Made by a program: the position numbers and the translations under genes
Assembly (NCBI GenBank): GCA_000092065.1
Contig: CP000590.1
Direction: 5' to 3' (one strand)
DNA from: Ostreococcus lucimarinus
Lineage: Eukaryota
Length of the DNA stretch: 64,000 nt
In this document: piece by piece, positions 1 to 9,363 of the stretch
Position numbering within the stretch: the first letter of the stretch is position 1
Layout of the letters: every line of letters begins with the position of its first letter
The notes under the pieces: model-generated
Seen by the model: the letters and a program-made list of their open reading frames with translations, nothing else
What the model was told of the DNA's origin: nothing
The model's database searches: none

Positions 1-157
1 TTCGCTCGGATGGCGCTTGAGTGCGAGCGAAATCGAAGAGCTCGATCGCGCGGCGGTCAAGGTTGGTAAGTCGACGTCGCAAAACATATTTCAAACGTCT
101 TAGTTTTAGCACACTGTAATCAATACAAACAATGCGTGCGCGCATGATTCGATTTCA

Positions 158-1069
158 TCATTCGATTTCGTCGAGACCCGTGCGCTTGAAAGCGTTCTCG
201 ACGGGATCGGTCTCGCCGGCGACTTTGCACCTGAACGGCACAAAGGTGCCGGGTCCTTCCACGTTCTCGTTTGCGAATCGAGATTTGTTGGCCTCCCCGC
301 TTTGAACGTCTTCGAAGCGTTGAACCAGCATCGATTCAAATTCCGCTTCTTCCTCCTTCTTGATTTCGTCGTACGATGAACCACCGGCGGCGAAATCCTG
401 ATTCACCGCGTGCTCGGGGTCACGAAGTGGATCCGTTTTCGCTGGATCGAAACCGTAGAATTCTCCTTCGTCGTTCACTTCAGGATGGATTCCTAGCTTC
501 TCCGTCAGGTATCGCGCGTGCGCGCTCCACAACACGCCGACGTTTTGTCGATATGATTTTCCTTTCGTGCTCTCATCATCGCCCCCGGTAATCCTGCAAA
601 AATGCACTAGTCTTGCGGCCTTGCGACGCGCTGCGACGACGTACGGATTCCTGGGCGGGTACTCTTTTCTCAGGGAACCATCGGGCCAGCGGAACATTTG
701 CTCGAGCGGATTGAAACCAGCCACGCGAGGCGCATCCGGGACTTTGATGGTACCGTCATTATTGAAACCGGTTTCGGCTTCGGTCAAGCGTGGCATGTGC
801 ACGTGGTTGCTCGACTTGCGCTCCCATTTTGGTTCTTCGTCTTCATCGGTCGTGTACAGTCTGTGGAAATTCTTCTCGCGTGTTCGGGTCGGTGTGGGTG
901 AATCTACGGGTGCGGCGACTGGTGTCGTCGCATCGTTCTTTAGCGCCGACGTCGTCGACGTGGACAAGCGAGGCATCGCGTCGAGAAGTGGCGCAAAAAT
1001 CGAGGCGCGACGACGGGACATGCTCGTCGCGACGGCGATGGAAACAACAACACCTTTGGTCGCTAACAT
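158..1069 (-). CDS. hypothetical protein, probably organelle-targeted (N-terminal Ser/Arg-rich presequence)
   Basis: 303-aa ORF with a real ATG at 1067-1069 (minus). Amino-acid composition is diverse (K/E/D/F/Y/W present), unlike the GC-bias artefact ORFs. No family recognised. Confidence 0.4.
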   Translation of the reverse strand: MLATKGVVVSIAVATSMSRRRASIFAPLLDAMPRLSTSTTSALKNDATTPVAAPVDSPTPTRTREKNFHRLYTTDEDEEPKWERKSSNHVHMPRLTEAETGFNNDGTIKVPDAPRVAGFNPLEQMFRWPDGSLRKEYPPRNPYVVAARRKAARLVHFCRITGGDDESTKGKSYRQNVGVLWSAHARYLTEKLGIHPEVNDEGEFYGFDPAKTDPLRDPEHAVNQDFAAGGSSYDEIKKEEEAEFESMLVQRFEDVQSGEANKSRFANENVEGPGTFVPFRCKVAGETDPVENAFKRTGLDEIE

Positions 1070-1109
1070 GACTACGCTGTTGCTGGCTAGGTTACTAATT
1101 TCTGAACAT

Positions 1110-1820
1110 CTAACTCATCGGTCTTTTCCTCGGTGATTGCGTCTCCCACTTTGAGATCCCGGTGTACTTGCCAATCTTTATCGGTTTCGGCGCGTCGAGC
1201 CGGCGCAAGCACCCGTGCGTCACTAGAAACGCCATCGTGAGCAACATCGTCGTCGACATCGCCGCCGACGCCTTGGTGTACATCATCACAAACCAAGAAA
1301 TGATCGTCCCGATCATCTTCAACGCCTGCATTTCGCTCGTCGCCGCGATGTTTCGATCCATCCACGCGTACAACTTTGCGCTCGCGTACGCGCCGACGAC
1401 AGCCGTCGGATTCCTATACAACATCACCCCCCCGAACACCAGCGCCATGCGCGCGTAATTCCCCACGTACTCGAACGCATTCCCGTCTAATCGTATCTTG
1501 CACTCCAGCATCGTCTTCGGCACGGAATACGACCGTCGAAGGTGATCCGTGCACAGAAACTCGCGCCACGGCTTGGGCGGCTTTTTCAGATCATCCACCG
1601 TCATGTACGGCGTCTTGAACCGCACGCTCGCGCGCCCTCCCGAATCGCTCCCGCGCCGATCGGGGACGTCGGCGCGTCGGTCGCGGTCGCGCGAGCTCGT
1701 CGCGGGCGCGCTATCGCCGTTTTTTCGGTGCTTGACCCACTGAGTGAAATCATCTCGACCGAGGGACAGGGAGAGTGGATTACCGCTGAACACGCCGTTC
1801 GCGGCGCCGTTCGAGGCCAT
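1110..1820 (-). CDS. PRA1 (prenylated Rab acceptor / Yip3) family membrane protein
   Basis: 236 aa with ATG at 1818-1820 (minus). PRA1-like motif KPPKPWREF and multiple hydrophobic segments in the C-terminal half. Confidence 0.65.
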   Translation of the reverse strand: MASNGAANGVFSGNPLSLSLGRDDFTQWVKHRKNGDSAPATSSRDRDRRADVPDRRGSDSGGRASVRFKTPYMTVDDLKKPPKPWREFLCTDHLRRSYSVPKTMLECKIRLDGNAFEYVGNYARMALVFGGVMLYRNPTAVVGAYASAKLYAWMDRNIAATSEMQALKMIGTIISWFVMMYTKASAAMSTTMLLTMAFLVTHGCLRRLDAPKPIKIGKYTGISKWETQSPRKRPMS

Positions 1821-2040
1821 GACGGACGCGCGCGACGTCGCTCGCGCCGCGCGTCGATTCGGCGATGGCGCGCGCGGAAGAATGACGAGTGGTCAGCGGT
1901 CGCGACGGCGGTTCGCGCTCGAGTCGGCGGCGAGCGCGAAACGGGACGGTCGCGCGCGCGTGAGCGATTCGTGCAAGCTATGGCACTCGTGATGATACAT
2001 GATTCACGGCGAACGCACCGCGATGGGGTGATTGAGGCTA

Positions 2041-2910
2041 CTATAACGGACGCTTCTTCGCCATGCCCGCGCGACGCGGATACTTGTCCGGCGTCGGCGA
2101 TAATTTCTCGCACACCACCGCCGTGCGCTTGTTTCCGTCGGGTCCGATGGAATCCACGCTCTCCGCGCACATCGCACCACCGCCCAAAATCGTCACCGCG
2201 TTCACGGCGTCCCGAATCTCATCCGCCACCGCCGCGTTTTTCGGAGAAATCCAATACCCACCGACGCGCGCCAGCGGAACGCAAAACTCCGCCAAGACCC
2301 TCAACTCCGCCACCGCGCGCGCCGTGACGACGTCAAAACTCTCTCTCCACTTCTCATCTCGTCCTAAATCCTCCGCCCGTCCCCAGACGACGTCCACGTT
2401 CGTCAATCCGATTTCCCGCGTCGTCGCCTCCAGAAAATTCGTCCGCTTTCGCAGCGTGTCCAACAGCGTGAACCGCCATCCCGGTCGCGCGATCGCGAGC
2501 GGGATCCCCGGCAGTCCCGCGCCGCTGCCGACGTCCAACACGCGCGTCGCATCGCTTCCGATCGTCTCGCTCGCGTCGTCGAAGACTTTCAGCAGCGCCA
2601 ACGCGTCGCTCGCGTGCGACTCGAGCACCTCCTCCGCGCTCGTCGCGCCCGTGAGCATCCCGTGCTCGCCCTTGTTCTCGCGAATCAGCGCGCGCGCGTA
2701 GGCGAGCATCTGTTCGCGCTGTTTCGCGTCGAGCGTCGCGGCGAGCGCGTCGTAGGGCGACGCCGCGCTTCGCGCCGTCGCGAGCGGTCGCGCGTGGAAA
2801 TCGACGCACCGTCGCGCGAGCGGACGACGCGCGGCGCGCGGGCGCGCGGGCGCGACGCGCGCGATGCGCGCGACGACGCGGATCGCGCGCGCGGTGCGCG
2901 CGGGCGTCAT
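2041..2910 (-). CDS. rsmG: 16S rRNA (guanine-N7)-methyltransferase RsmG/GidB, organellar
   Basis: C-terminal 220 aa carry GidB hallmarks: HASDALALLKVF, VLDVGSGAGLPGIPLAI, SAdoMet-binding fold. The ORF extends to 3102 but the upstream part is Arg-rich junk. First plausible ATG is at 2910, followed by a transit-peptide-like stretch. Confidence 0.75.
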   Translation of the reverse strand: MTPARTARAIRVVARIARVAPARPRAARRPLARRCVDFHARPLATARSAASPYDALAATLDAKQREQMLAYARALIRENKGEHGMLTGATSAEEVLESHASDALALLKVFDDASETIGSDATRVLDVGSGAGLPGIPLAIARPGWRFTLLDTLRKRTNFLEATTREIGLTNVDVVWGRAEDLGRDEKWRESFDVVTARAVAELRVLAEFCVPLARVGGYWISPKNAAVADEIRDAVNAVTILGGGAMCAESVDSIGPDGNKRTAVVCEKLSPTPDKYPRRAGMAKKRPL

Positions 2911-3107
2911 CGCGCGCGCGCGCGGGTGTGTGCGGTCGCGTCGTGCGCGTCGATGTCGACACGCACCGCGGCAGAAGCGCGCGCGCGCGGCGCGCGATGC
3001 GCGTTCGCGACGCGAGAGTCGACGCCGACGGCGCCGACGCACCGCCTGGGGCGGTGTACGCGCCGCGCAGACGCGCGAGGACGGCGGAAACGTCGAAGTC
3101 AACGCGG

Positions 3108-4577
3108 ATGGAGATTTTGAAAGATTTCAAAGCGTCGACTTTAACGCGACATTTACGCGTCGTCGAGGGCGACGGCGCGGACGACGCGCGCGCGTGGGAC
3201 GATAAATCGTCGTACTTTTCATCGGCGCGCGAACGAGGGAAGGAGAACGATCGCGTGGCGCGCGGGGGCGGTGATGTTGCGAAAGTAGTTGGGACGGTTG
3301 ACGCGCCGGCGCCGGCGCCGGCGCGAACGCCGCGAAGGAAAAGTTCGGCGCGGTTGGCGCTGGTGGCGATCGAACAGTGGCGATGGGTGGTGCGTCACGG
3401 GAAAGGGGCGCGTTCGACACGCGCGCGCGAGCACAGGGAGGTGCGGTTGATGAAGACGGCGTTCACGGCGATGCGCGCGCGGAGGCGAGAGGGCTCGCAT
3501 CGAGCGCTGCGGGCGAAGATTTATTGGCGTCTCGGGGCGACGCAGCGCGCGTTCGCGAGTTGGCGCGGAGAGGTTGAGCGCGCGCGTGATAGTGTAATGC
3601 AGGCGCGCGTACGGCGTTGCGTGCGGAAGTGGCGGGAGACGACCGAGGCGAGAGCGGAGGCGCGCTCTGCGCGCGCGCGAACGTCGGAGCAAATCGCGTG
3701 GTATCACGATTGCGTGACCTCGATGCGTCGAGCGTTCGGGACGTGGCGACGCGCGTGCGAACCCGAGGCGCGCGGCGCGCGCGCCCGGATGGAGTTCTAC
3801 GATCGATACGCGAGGAAGACGCTGTTGAAACGCGCCATCGACGGATGGAGGGACGCCGCGCGCAGGCAAATGGACGAGCGAACGAATGCGCTCATCGCAA
3901 CGTCTTTCGACGAAGTGAAGACGCTTTCGCGAGCGATGCGAGCGTGGAAAAGCGCACACGCCGATTCATCAAACAGCGACGCTGACGACGATAAGGTGGA
4001 GACGTTTCGCGCGTTTCAAGCGGTAAACGCTCTGTCGAGCGTGTTTTCGGCGTGGGTTGACCAAGCGCGCGAAACAAGCGAACGAGCGCGCGCGTCACAG
4101 GCGACGCCGGCAAAAACGCGCGCGGGCCGTACGAAGCACGCGTTATACGCGTGGCTCTTCGACCGCTCGAAAGCGAACGATTATGAAGAGGAGGTGCTGG
4201 ATTTTTTAGAGACGCGCGAGGCTGCCGCCGCGATGGAACAGGATAAATTAGACTTAGAAGATTTCGAACAAGCCGTGGACGAATACGAGGAGCTACGCGA
4301 AGAGGCAAAGCGATTGATCGCGGAGGCGAAAACGTTGAAAAACGCGAGCACGAAAAAGGCGATCGCTCGACGTAGAGTGTTAAAGGCGACTGCGGCGTAT
4401 CTGAGCCAACGCCGCGAAGAACTTTTGCCAGTGATTCGCCGAGCCGCGGGCGCCGAGAAATGGCGCTCGCGCTCGGTGGGCACGAGTTCGTTAGGATTCT
4501 CCATTCTTGATGACGCCGACGCCGCCGACGATGCCGCCGACGATGCCGACGACGCGTTCTTGCGACGCAAATATTGA
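3108..4577 (+). CDS. hypothetical protein with periodic A-[FI]-x-x-W-[RK] repeats (Sfi1-like?) and an acidic D/A-rich C-terminus
   Basis: 549-aa ORF 2928..4577. The ATG at 3108 (MEILKDFK) avoids overlap with the rsmG start. The second half has diverse composition (K/E/L/Y/W). Eight W-centred repeats are spaced about 23-36 aa apart. Confidence 0.4.
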   Translation: MEILKDFKASTLTRHLRVVEGDGADDARAWDDKSSYFSSARERGKENDRVARGGGDVAKVVGTVDAPAPAPARTPRRKSSARLALVAIEQWRWVVRHGKGARSTRAREHREVRLMKTAFTAMRARRREGSHRALRAKIYWRLGATQRAFASWRGEVERARDSVMQARVRRCVRKWRETTEARAEARSARARTSEQIAWYHDCVTSMRRAFGTWRRACEPEARGARARMEFYDRYARKTLLKRAIDGWRDAARRQMDERTNALIATSFDEVKTLSRAMRAWKSAHADSSNSDADDDKVETFRAFQAVNALSSVFSAWVDQARETSERARASQATPAKTRAGRTKHALYAWLFDRSKANDYEEEVLDFLETREAAAAMEQDKLDLEDFEQAVDEYEELREEAKRLIAEAKTLKNASTKKAIARRRVLKATAAYLSQRREELLPVIRRAAGAEKWRSRSVGTSSLGFSILDDADAADDAADDADDAFLRRKY

Positions 4578-4626
4578 ACGCGCACTTAGACGATTATTGT
4601 GACTAAAAACCGTGATACCGCGAATG

Positions 4627-5907
4627 CTAACGTCTCTTCGCAGGCTGTTTCCTACCTCCTCCGGCTCCTCCGCTCGACGACGGTGGAGGTTTCTTCTTCT
4701 TCTTCTTCGCTCTCGCCTCCGCCGCTGATTTTCTTTTCAGACTTCGCTTGAAAACTATGCTCGCGCGAGGCGCGTCGTTACCGTCGCCCTCTGCTGTCAT
4801 CACGCAATGCTCGAAGTCGTCTTGACAATTCGCGAACATCCAAATCGCGTCGCCATCGAGCGTTCGGATCCAATGCGACTCCGCGTCGGTCGAACCTAGA
4901 GGCCTAAAACTAAATCGCCTGGTCTCACCTACGGAGACGATGATGCTATCCGTGGCGTACCCGATGCCCATGAACGGATCGGTATGATACGCGCACGCCG
5001 CCGTTTCGCTCGGGTACAAATTAATCAAGCAGCAATCGAACCTCTCGCCCGTCTTCTCTTCCAATGCATCGCGCACTCTCGCCACCGCCGGGCACATCGG
5101 CACGGGTTGCATAATTTTCCCACTGTACGCGTACGAACCAACGTGTTCTTCGCCCATCCAACACGTCTCGCGGCGCTCGTCCACGCGCCTGCCGTCCCGA
5201 GTCGTCAACTGTTCGCGCTTGAACGGCACTTCGCGTTTCAAAGTCTCCAAATCAATCAATCCCGCCGTTAGATAGGGTTGAAAACGAAACGGAACCCCAC
5301 GCATAGCGATGTCGACTTCGTTCGGCACCGCGCTCCCGCACCGCGCGAGCGCCCACGCGACCACCGTCGCGCAGCGCGGCGGCAGCGTCGCCGCCGCCGC
5401 CGTCGCGTAAAAATTCACTCTCGCCGCTTCCTCCATCTCAAACGGCGCCAAGCTCCCGAGCGCGCGCGCGGTTTCGGTAAACAACACACCAGCCTCCGGG
5501 TCGTTCCTCGTCTCGTCGTCGTCGTCGATCCACAGCGCGCCCGCGACCAACCTCGCGAACTGCGTCGCGCTCGTCGCCTCCCGCCGCGCGTCCTCCCGTC
5601 GCGTCCCGACCAGCATTTTCGCCAGCCTTTGGAGCGCCCGCGAGCACGTCTTTTTGCGTTTCCTTCGGTGGTGCAGCTGGGACTCGTGCGGCGCGAGCGA
5701 CGCGTCCGTCGGCAGCGGCAACGAATCCGCGGCGGTTAAAATATCCAGCGCACTTTTCGCGTCGTTGACGAGCTGCGCGGCGCTCGGCGCGGCGGCGGTT
5801 TCGCGATCGCTCGCGTCGGCGCGACGCGCGACGACGCGTCGTCGTCGCGCGATGCGGTGCGCGCGCGCGGTACATCGCGCGGGATGGTGGCCGCGCGCGG
5901 CGCGCAT
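4627..5907 (-). CDS. AlkB-like 2-oxoglutarate/Fe(II)-dependent dioxygenase
   Basis: 426 aa with ATG at 5905-5907. 2OG-Fe(II) oxygenase core motifs present: CLINLYPSE...HTDP and IVSVGETRRFSFRP...FEHCV. Lys-rich C-terminal tail (KKKKKK). Confidence 0.7.
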   Translation of the reverse strand: MRAARGHHPARCTARAHRIARRRRVVARRADASDRETAAAPSAAQLVNDAKSALDILTAADSLPLPTDASLAPHESQLHHRRKRKKTCSRALQRLAKMLVGTRREDARREATSATQFARLVAGALWIDDDDETRNDPEAGVLFTETARALGSLAPFEMEEAARVNFYATAAAATLPPRCATVVAWALARCGSAVPNEVDIAMRGVPFRFQPYLTAGLIDLETLKREVPFKREQLTTRDGRRVDERRETCWMGEEHVGSYAYSGKIMQPVPMCPAVARVRDALEEKTGERFDCCLINLYPSETAACAYHTDPFMGIGYATDSIIVSVGETRRFSFRPLGSTDAESHWIRTLDGDAIWMFANCQDDFEHCVMTAEGDGNDAPRASIVFKRSLKRKSAAEARAKKKKKKPPPSSSGGAGGGRKQPAKRR

Positions 5908-6007
5908 GGCGCGTTTTGAGGCGACGCGGCGACGGTCGAGGCTTTACCTACTGCTGAGTGTCGGTTCTCACAACGGCTAAGTGATGATGACGCGAGCGCG
6001 ATGATTG

Positions 6008-7045
6008 TTAAATCGACCACTCGGCGGTCTTCTTGAACTGTCCCGCGAAGGCGTCGAGCCAACGCGCGGCGTCGGCTTCGTCGACGACGCGTCTGTCGAC
6101 GCTCACCGTCGCCGTCATCGTCTGTACGGTTGACGGTTGGCCTTCGACCAAGACGACGCGATCCTTCCCGGCACCGATGGCTAAGATGGCACCTTGCGGC
6201 GGGTTCAAGATTGCCGAAAACGCGTCGACGCCGAACATGCCGAGATTCGACACGGAGAAGGAACCGCCCATAAACTCGTGCGGCTTCAACGCGCCCTCGC
6301 GCGCCTTCTTCGCCAATCCCTTCACGTCCGCCCCGATCTCCGTCAGCGTCTTCTCATCCGCTCGCGTGACGATCGGCGTGATGAGCCCATCGTCTGTGGC
6401 CACCGCCACGCACACGTCCACGCTCTCGTACGCCCGCCTTCCGCCCGTCGCATCGTCCCATCCCGCGTTCAACTCCGGCACCTCCCTCAACGCCCGTCCC
6501 ACCGCGTACATCACGCAATCGTTCACGCTCACCTTCACCCCACTCGCGTCCATCACCCGTCTCCTCAGCGCCGCGACCTCGCTCAGATCGACGTCCGCGC
6601 TCGCGTACGCGTGCGGCGTCCTCGTCTTGCTCTCCGTCAACCGACTCGCGATCGTCCGTCGCATCTTCGTCGTCGCCGCGTCCTCCGCGCGCTGTCCTCG
6701 CGCCAGCCCGTACTCGTAGTCCTCCAGCAGCGTTTTCGGCCGCTCGTCCCTCGCGATCGCCGGCGGTCGCAGTCCTAATTTTTCCAGCGTCGCCGCGTCG
6801 ACGGCGCCGACGCGCCGCAGGACGTCCGCCGCGATCAGATGCCCCCCCGGTCCGCTCCCCGGCACCAGCGTCTCCGGGTCCACGCCGTGCTCCTCGCACA
6901 GGCGACGAACGCTGGGCCAGAGCTTCAGCGCCCCGATCGCGCGCGTCGCGTGCGCGCGCCGCGCCGCGCGGTCGAGAGATCTTTCGAGATTTCGCGAAAT
7001 TCTCTTCGTCGCGATTCCGACGACGCGCGCCGTCGCGCGACGCAT
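6008..7045 (-). CDS. 2-oxo-acid dehydrogenase E2-like protein: E3-binding domain plus acyltransferase domain, no lipoyl domain, catalytic His replaced
   Basis: C-terminal 230 aa match the 2-oxoacid dehydrogenase acyltransferase catalytic domain. Upstream is a peripheral-subunit-binding domain (PSVRRLCEEHGVDPETLVPGSGPGGHLIAADV). The active-site motif DHRxxDG reads DRRVVDE. ORF runs to 7570 but is Arg-rich before M at about 7045. No lipoyl motif (ETDKA) found in any frame nearby. Confidence 0.7.
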   Translation of the reverse strand: MRRATARVVGIATKRISRNLERSLDRAARRAHATRAIGALKLWPSVRRLCEEHGVDPETLVPGSGPGGHLIAADVLRRVGAVDAATLEKLGLRPPAIARDERPKTLLEDYEYGLARGQRAEDAATTKMRRTIASRLTESKTRTPHAYASADVDLSEVAALRRRVMDASGVKVSVNDCVMYAVGRALREVPELNAGWDDATGGRRAYESVDVCVAVATDDGLITPIVTRADEKTLTEIGADVKGLAKKAREGALKPHEFMGGSFSVSNLGMFGVDAFSAILNPPQGAILAIGAGKDRVVLVEGQPSTVQTMTATVSVDRRVVDEADAARWLDAFAGQFKKTAEWSI

Positions 7046-7303
7046 CGCGCGCGCGCGACGCGCGTCCGAGCGCGCGTCGCGCCCGCGCTCTCGCGCGCGG
7101 CGCGCTCCGCGGCGCGATCTCTCGCGCGCGGCGCGTTTTGACGTTCGATCGCGATTCCCGGCACCGCATTGATTCGCGCGCGCCGCCCGCGTCTCGCGCG
7201 CGCGACGCCCGCTGACGCGCGCGCGACGTCGGCGCGCGCGCGCGCGACCTCGCGCCGCGCGCGCGTCGCGCGAGACGCCGCGCGGGCGTCGCGCGCGCGC
7301 GAG

Positions 7304-8191
7304 ATGTCGCGCGAACGCGACGGCGCGCCGGAACCTCTGTTCGCGCGTCGCGTCGTCGACCGCGCGCTCGATCGCGCGCGCACGCGCAATCCGAGCGAAC
7401 GCGCGTGCGTGCGCGCGCCGGGGGCGATCGCGCGCGCGCTGGATCGATGCGCGAGGGCGTTCGCGGAGGAGAGCGCGCGGGCGGCGGCGCTGCGAGACGC
7501 GCGAGCGCGCGCGAAGAGAGCGGCGACGGCGCGACCGGACGCGCGCGCGCTGACGGTGCTGCTGGGACAAGCGATCGAGACGACGGATCGACGACGGCGC
7601 GGGACGCTGGCGGCGATCGCGGAGTGCGTGAGGGAGGGAAGGCGAACGGCGGAACGATTGCGGGCGTTCGCGGAGGCGAACGAGTGGACGGCGACGGAGC
7701 TGGAGAGTTCGCGCGCGGAGGAAGCGCGGGCGATCGGCGCGACGAAAAAGGCGCTGGCGAAGTCAGAGCGCGAAGCGTCGGCGGCGCTCGAGACGATCGT
7801 CGGTGGAAAACGCGGAGGGAAGAGGAAAACGGACGCGGCGTCGGCGGACGCGGACGCGGCGCCGCGAACGCCGGGAGGGAAACGGCGCGCGCGAGCGGGA
7901 CCGAGAATCGTCGCGTCGAAACCGGCGGCGAGCGAGGAAACAGCGGATGATTCGGACGAGGAACCGATGATGACCGCGGAAGGGCCGCCCGAGGAGGAAT
8001 CGCCGGCGGCGACCGAGGTGACGCAACCGACGCAGCCGGCGAGCGACGAAGACTCCGACGGCGAACGCGCGTTGGAGACGCTCACGTCGCCGACGACGAA
8101 AAATGTCGTGCAAATTCTCATGGAGATGGATCTGCCGAATCACGGCGTTTCCATCAGCGAGAGCCCGGAGAAGGACGAGGATGAAAATTGA
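7304..8191 (+). CDS. hypothetical coiled-coil protein with acidic Ser/Asp/Glu-rich C-terminus
   Basis: ORF 7169..8191, with ATG at 7304 (MSRERDG). C-terminal part has non-biased composition (TKNVVQILMEMDLPNHGVSISESPEKDEDEN). No family assigned. Confidence 0.35.
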   Translation: MSRERDGAPEPLFARRVVDRALDRARTRNPSERACVRAPGAIARALDRCARAFAEESARAAALRDARARAKRAATARPDARALTVLLGQAIETTDRRRRGTLAAIAECVREGRRTAERLRAFAEANEWTATELESSRAEEARAIGATKKALAKSEREASAALETIVGGKRGGKRKTDAASADADAAPRTPGGKRRARAGPRIVASKPAASEETADDSDEEPMMTAEGPPEEESPAATEVTQPTQPASDEDSDGERALETLTSPTTKNVVQILMEMDLPNHGVSISESPEKDEDEN

Positions 8192-8202
8192 TGCTCGCGT
8201 CG

Positions 8203-8841
8203 TCATTGCAAATTCTTCGCGTTTTCGAGCGCCCAAGCTAGCGTGTACAATCCAGCGAAGACTTTGATCCCTTGCGCGCTGAACTCATCGAGCGTTCGCA
8301 ACAAATCCTTCTTTGGACATCGAATCACCGTGATAAACTCCGAGCCCTCCAATCGCTGCGACGGATTCGCGTTTTCCGCCGCGTCCAAATCGACGTCCAC
8401 GGTCACCAAGACCACCGATTCGTCCGACAACCCGGGCGACAGCACGACCGCCGGCGTCACGTTCGTCACTCGCCCGACGTACCCACACTCCTCGTGTAAT
8501 TCTCTCAGCGCGCTCGTCTCGGCCTTTTCGCCGTCATCGATCAGTCCCGCCGGCAACTCGATCGTCTCCGTCCCGCACGCCGGTCGAAACTGTCTCACTA
8601 AGAGCACCTCATCCTCCTTCGCATCACCGCCTCGTAAGGTCGCGAACACGCACACCGCGTCCGCTTCCGCTTCTTTCGTCGTCGTCGTTCGTCGCACCGC
8701 GTCCCAGGTTCTCGCCGCGCCGGTCGGGTCGACGTAATCTAGCCGCACGAGTTTAATCCACTTCGCCGCGTGCACGTCCGTTTCGCCCGTGACGCGGCTC
8801 GCGCTCGAGCACGGTCTGTCCGAGGACGACACCACCGGCAT
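8203..8841 (-). CDS. Nudix hydrolase (ADP-sugar pyrophosphatase-like)
   Basis: Nudix box present: GLIDDGEKAETSALRELHEECGY (GX5EX7REUXEEXGU). ORF runs to 8916; an internal Met (QMPVV) at about 8841 also possible. Confidence 0.75.
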   Translation of the reverse strand: MPVVSSSDRPCSSASRVTGETDVHAAKWIKLVRLDYVDPTGAARTWDAVRRTTTTKEAEADAVCVFATLRGGDAKEDEVLLVRQFRPACGTETIELPAGLIDDGEKAETSALRELHEECGYVGRVTNVTPAVVLSPGLSDESVVLVTVDVDLDAAENANPSQRLEGSEFITVIRCPKKDLLRTLDEFSAQGIKVFAGLYTLAWALENAKNLQ

Positions 8842-9316
8842 TTGTCCACGAAGATTCGTCGCGCGCGCGCGAGCGCTCGGGAGGAGTCTCGGGAGCGTTC
8901 GCGTCGCCGCGCGCATCGATTTGTGACGCCCTCGCGCGTCGCCGGACTTCGGCGTACGCGCACGCGAGACATTTCCCCGCCTCGCGCGCCTCGCGAAGGG
9001 TCTCCAGGCTCACGCCGTGGCGCGCGGAGAGATTCACGAGCTCGAGAAGGTCGTTCTCTCGAACGAGCAGCGCTCGAACGTCGCGTTCGATCGTCTCCAC
9101 GATGTCCAGAGGTAAGTCTCGCAGGGCGAACAGACGCAGCGAGATGCCGCGTTGGTCGAAAAAGCGCGCTCGAAGGAGCCCGCGCGACGTCTCGGGCGCG
9201 ACGGGCGCGTCGTCGGCGCTGAAAGGGTCTTTCGAAACGTTCATCGAGCGCGGCGTCGCGGAGTGCGCGGCGACGCTGAGACGTCGACATTGGGACGCTC
9301 GGACGCGAAGAGACAT
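8753..9316 (-). CDS. hypothetical ORF (weak)
   Basis: 187-aa ORF with ATG at 9314-9316. N-terminal half has plausible composition (MNVSKDPFSADD..., GKCLACAYAE) but the C-terminal third is Arg-rich and overlaps the Nudix 5' end. It may be a short gene or a 5' exon of the Nudix gene. Confidence 0.2.
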   Translation of the reverse strand: MSLRVRASQCRRLSVAAHSATPRSMNVSKDPFSADDAPVAPETSRGLLRARFFDQRGISLRLFALRDLPLDIVETIERDVRALLVRENDLLELVNLSARHGVSLETLREAREAGKCLACAYAEVRRRARASQIDARGDANAPETPPERSRARDESSWTNAGGVVLGQTVLEREPRHGRNGRARGEVD

Positions 9317-9363
9317 TTCGCGTCGACGCTCTACAACTAATGTTTACGACGGCGATGCGGGCG

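Noticed and set aside
7045-8236. Lipoyl domain(s) for the E2-like gene encoded upstream (on the minus strand).
   Set aside because: No ETDKA-type lipoyl motif or biotinyl/lipoyl fold-like sequence occurs in any minus-strand frame between 7045 and 8236. Upstream translation is Arg-rich junk.
8753-9316. ORF 8753..9316 as a 5' exon spliced onto the Nudix gene.
   Set aside because: No GTGCGT-type donor, ACTGAC branch or convincing acceptor could be found that would join the frames. It is left as a low-confidence separate ORF.
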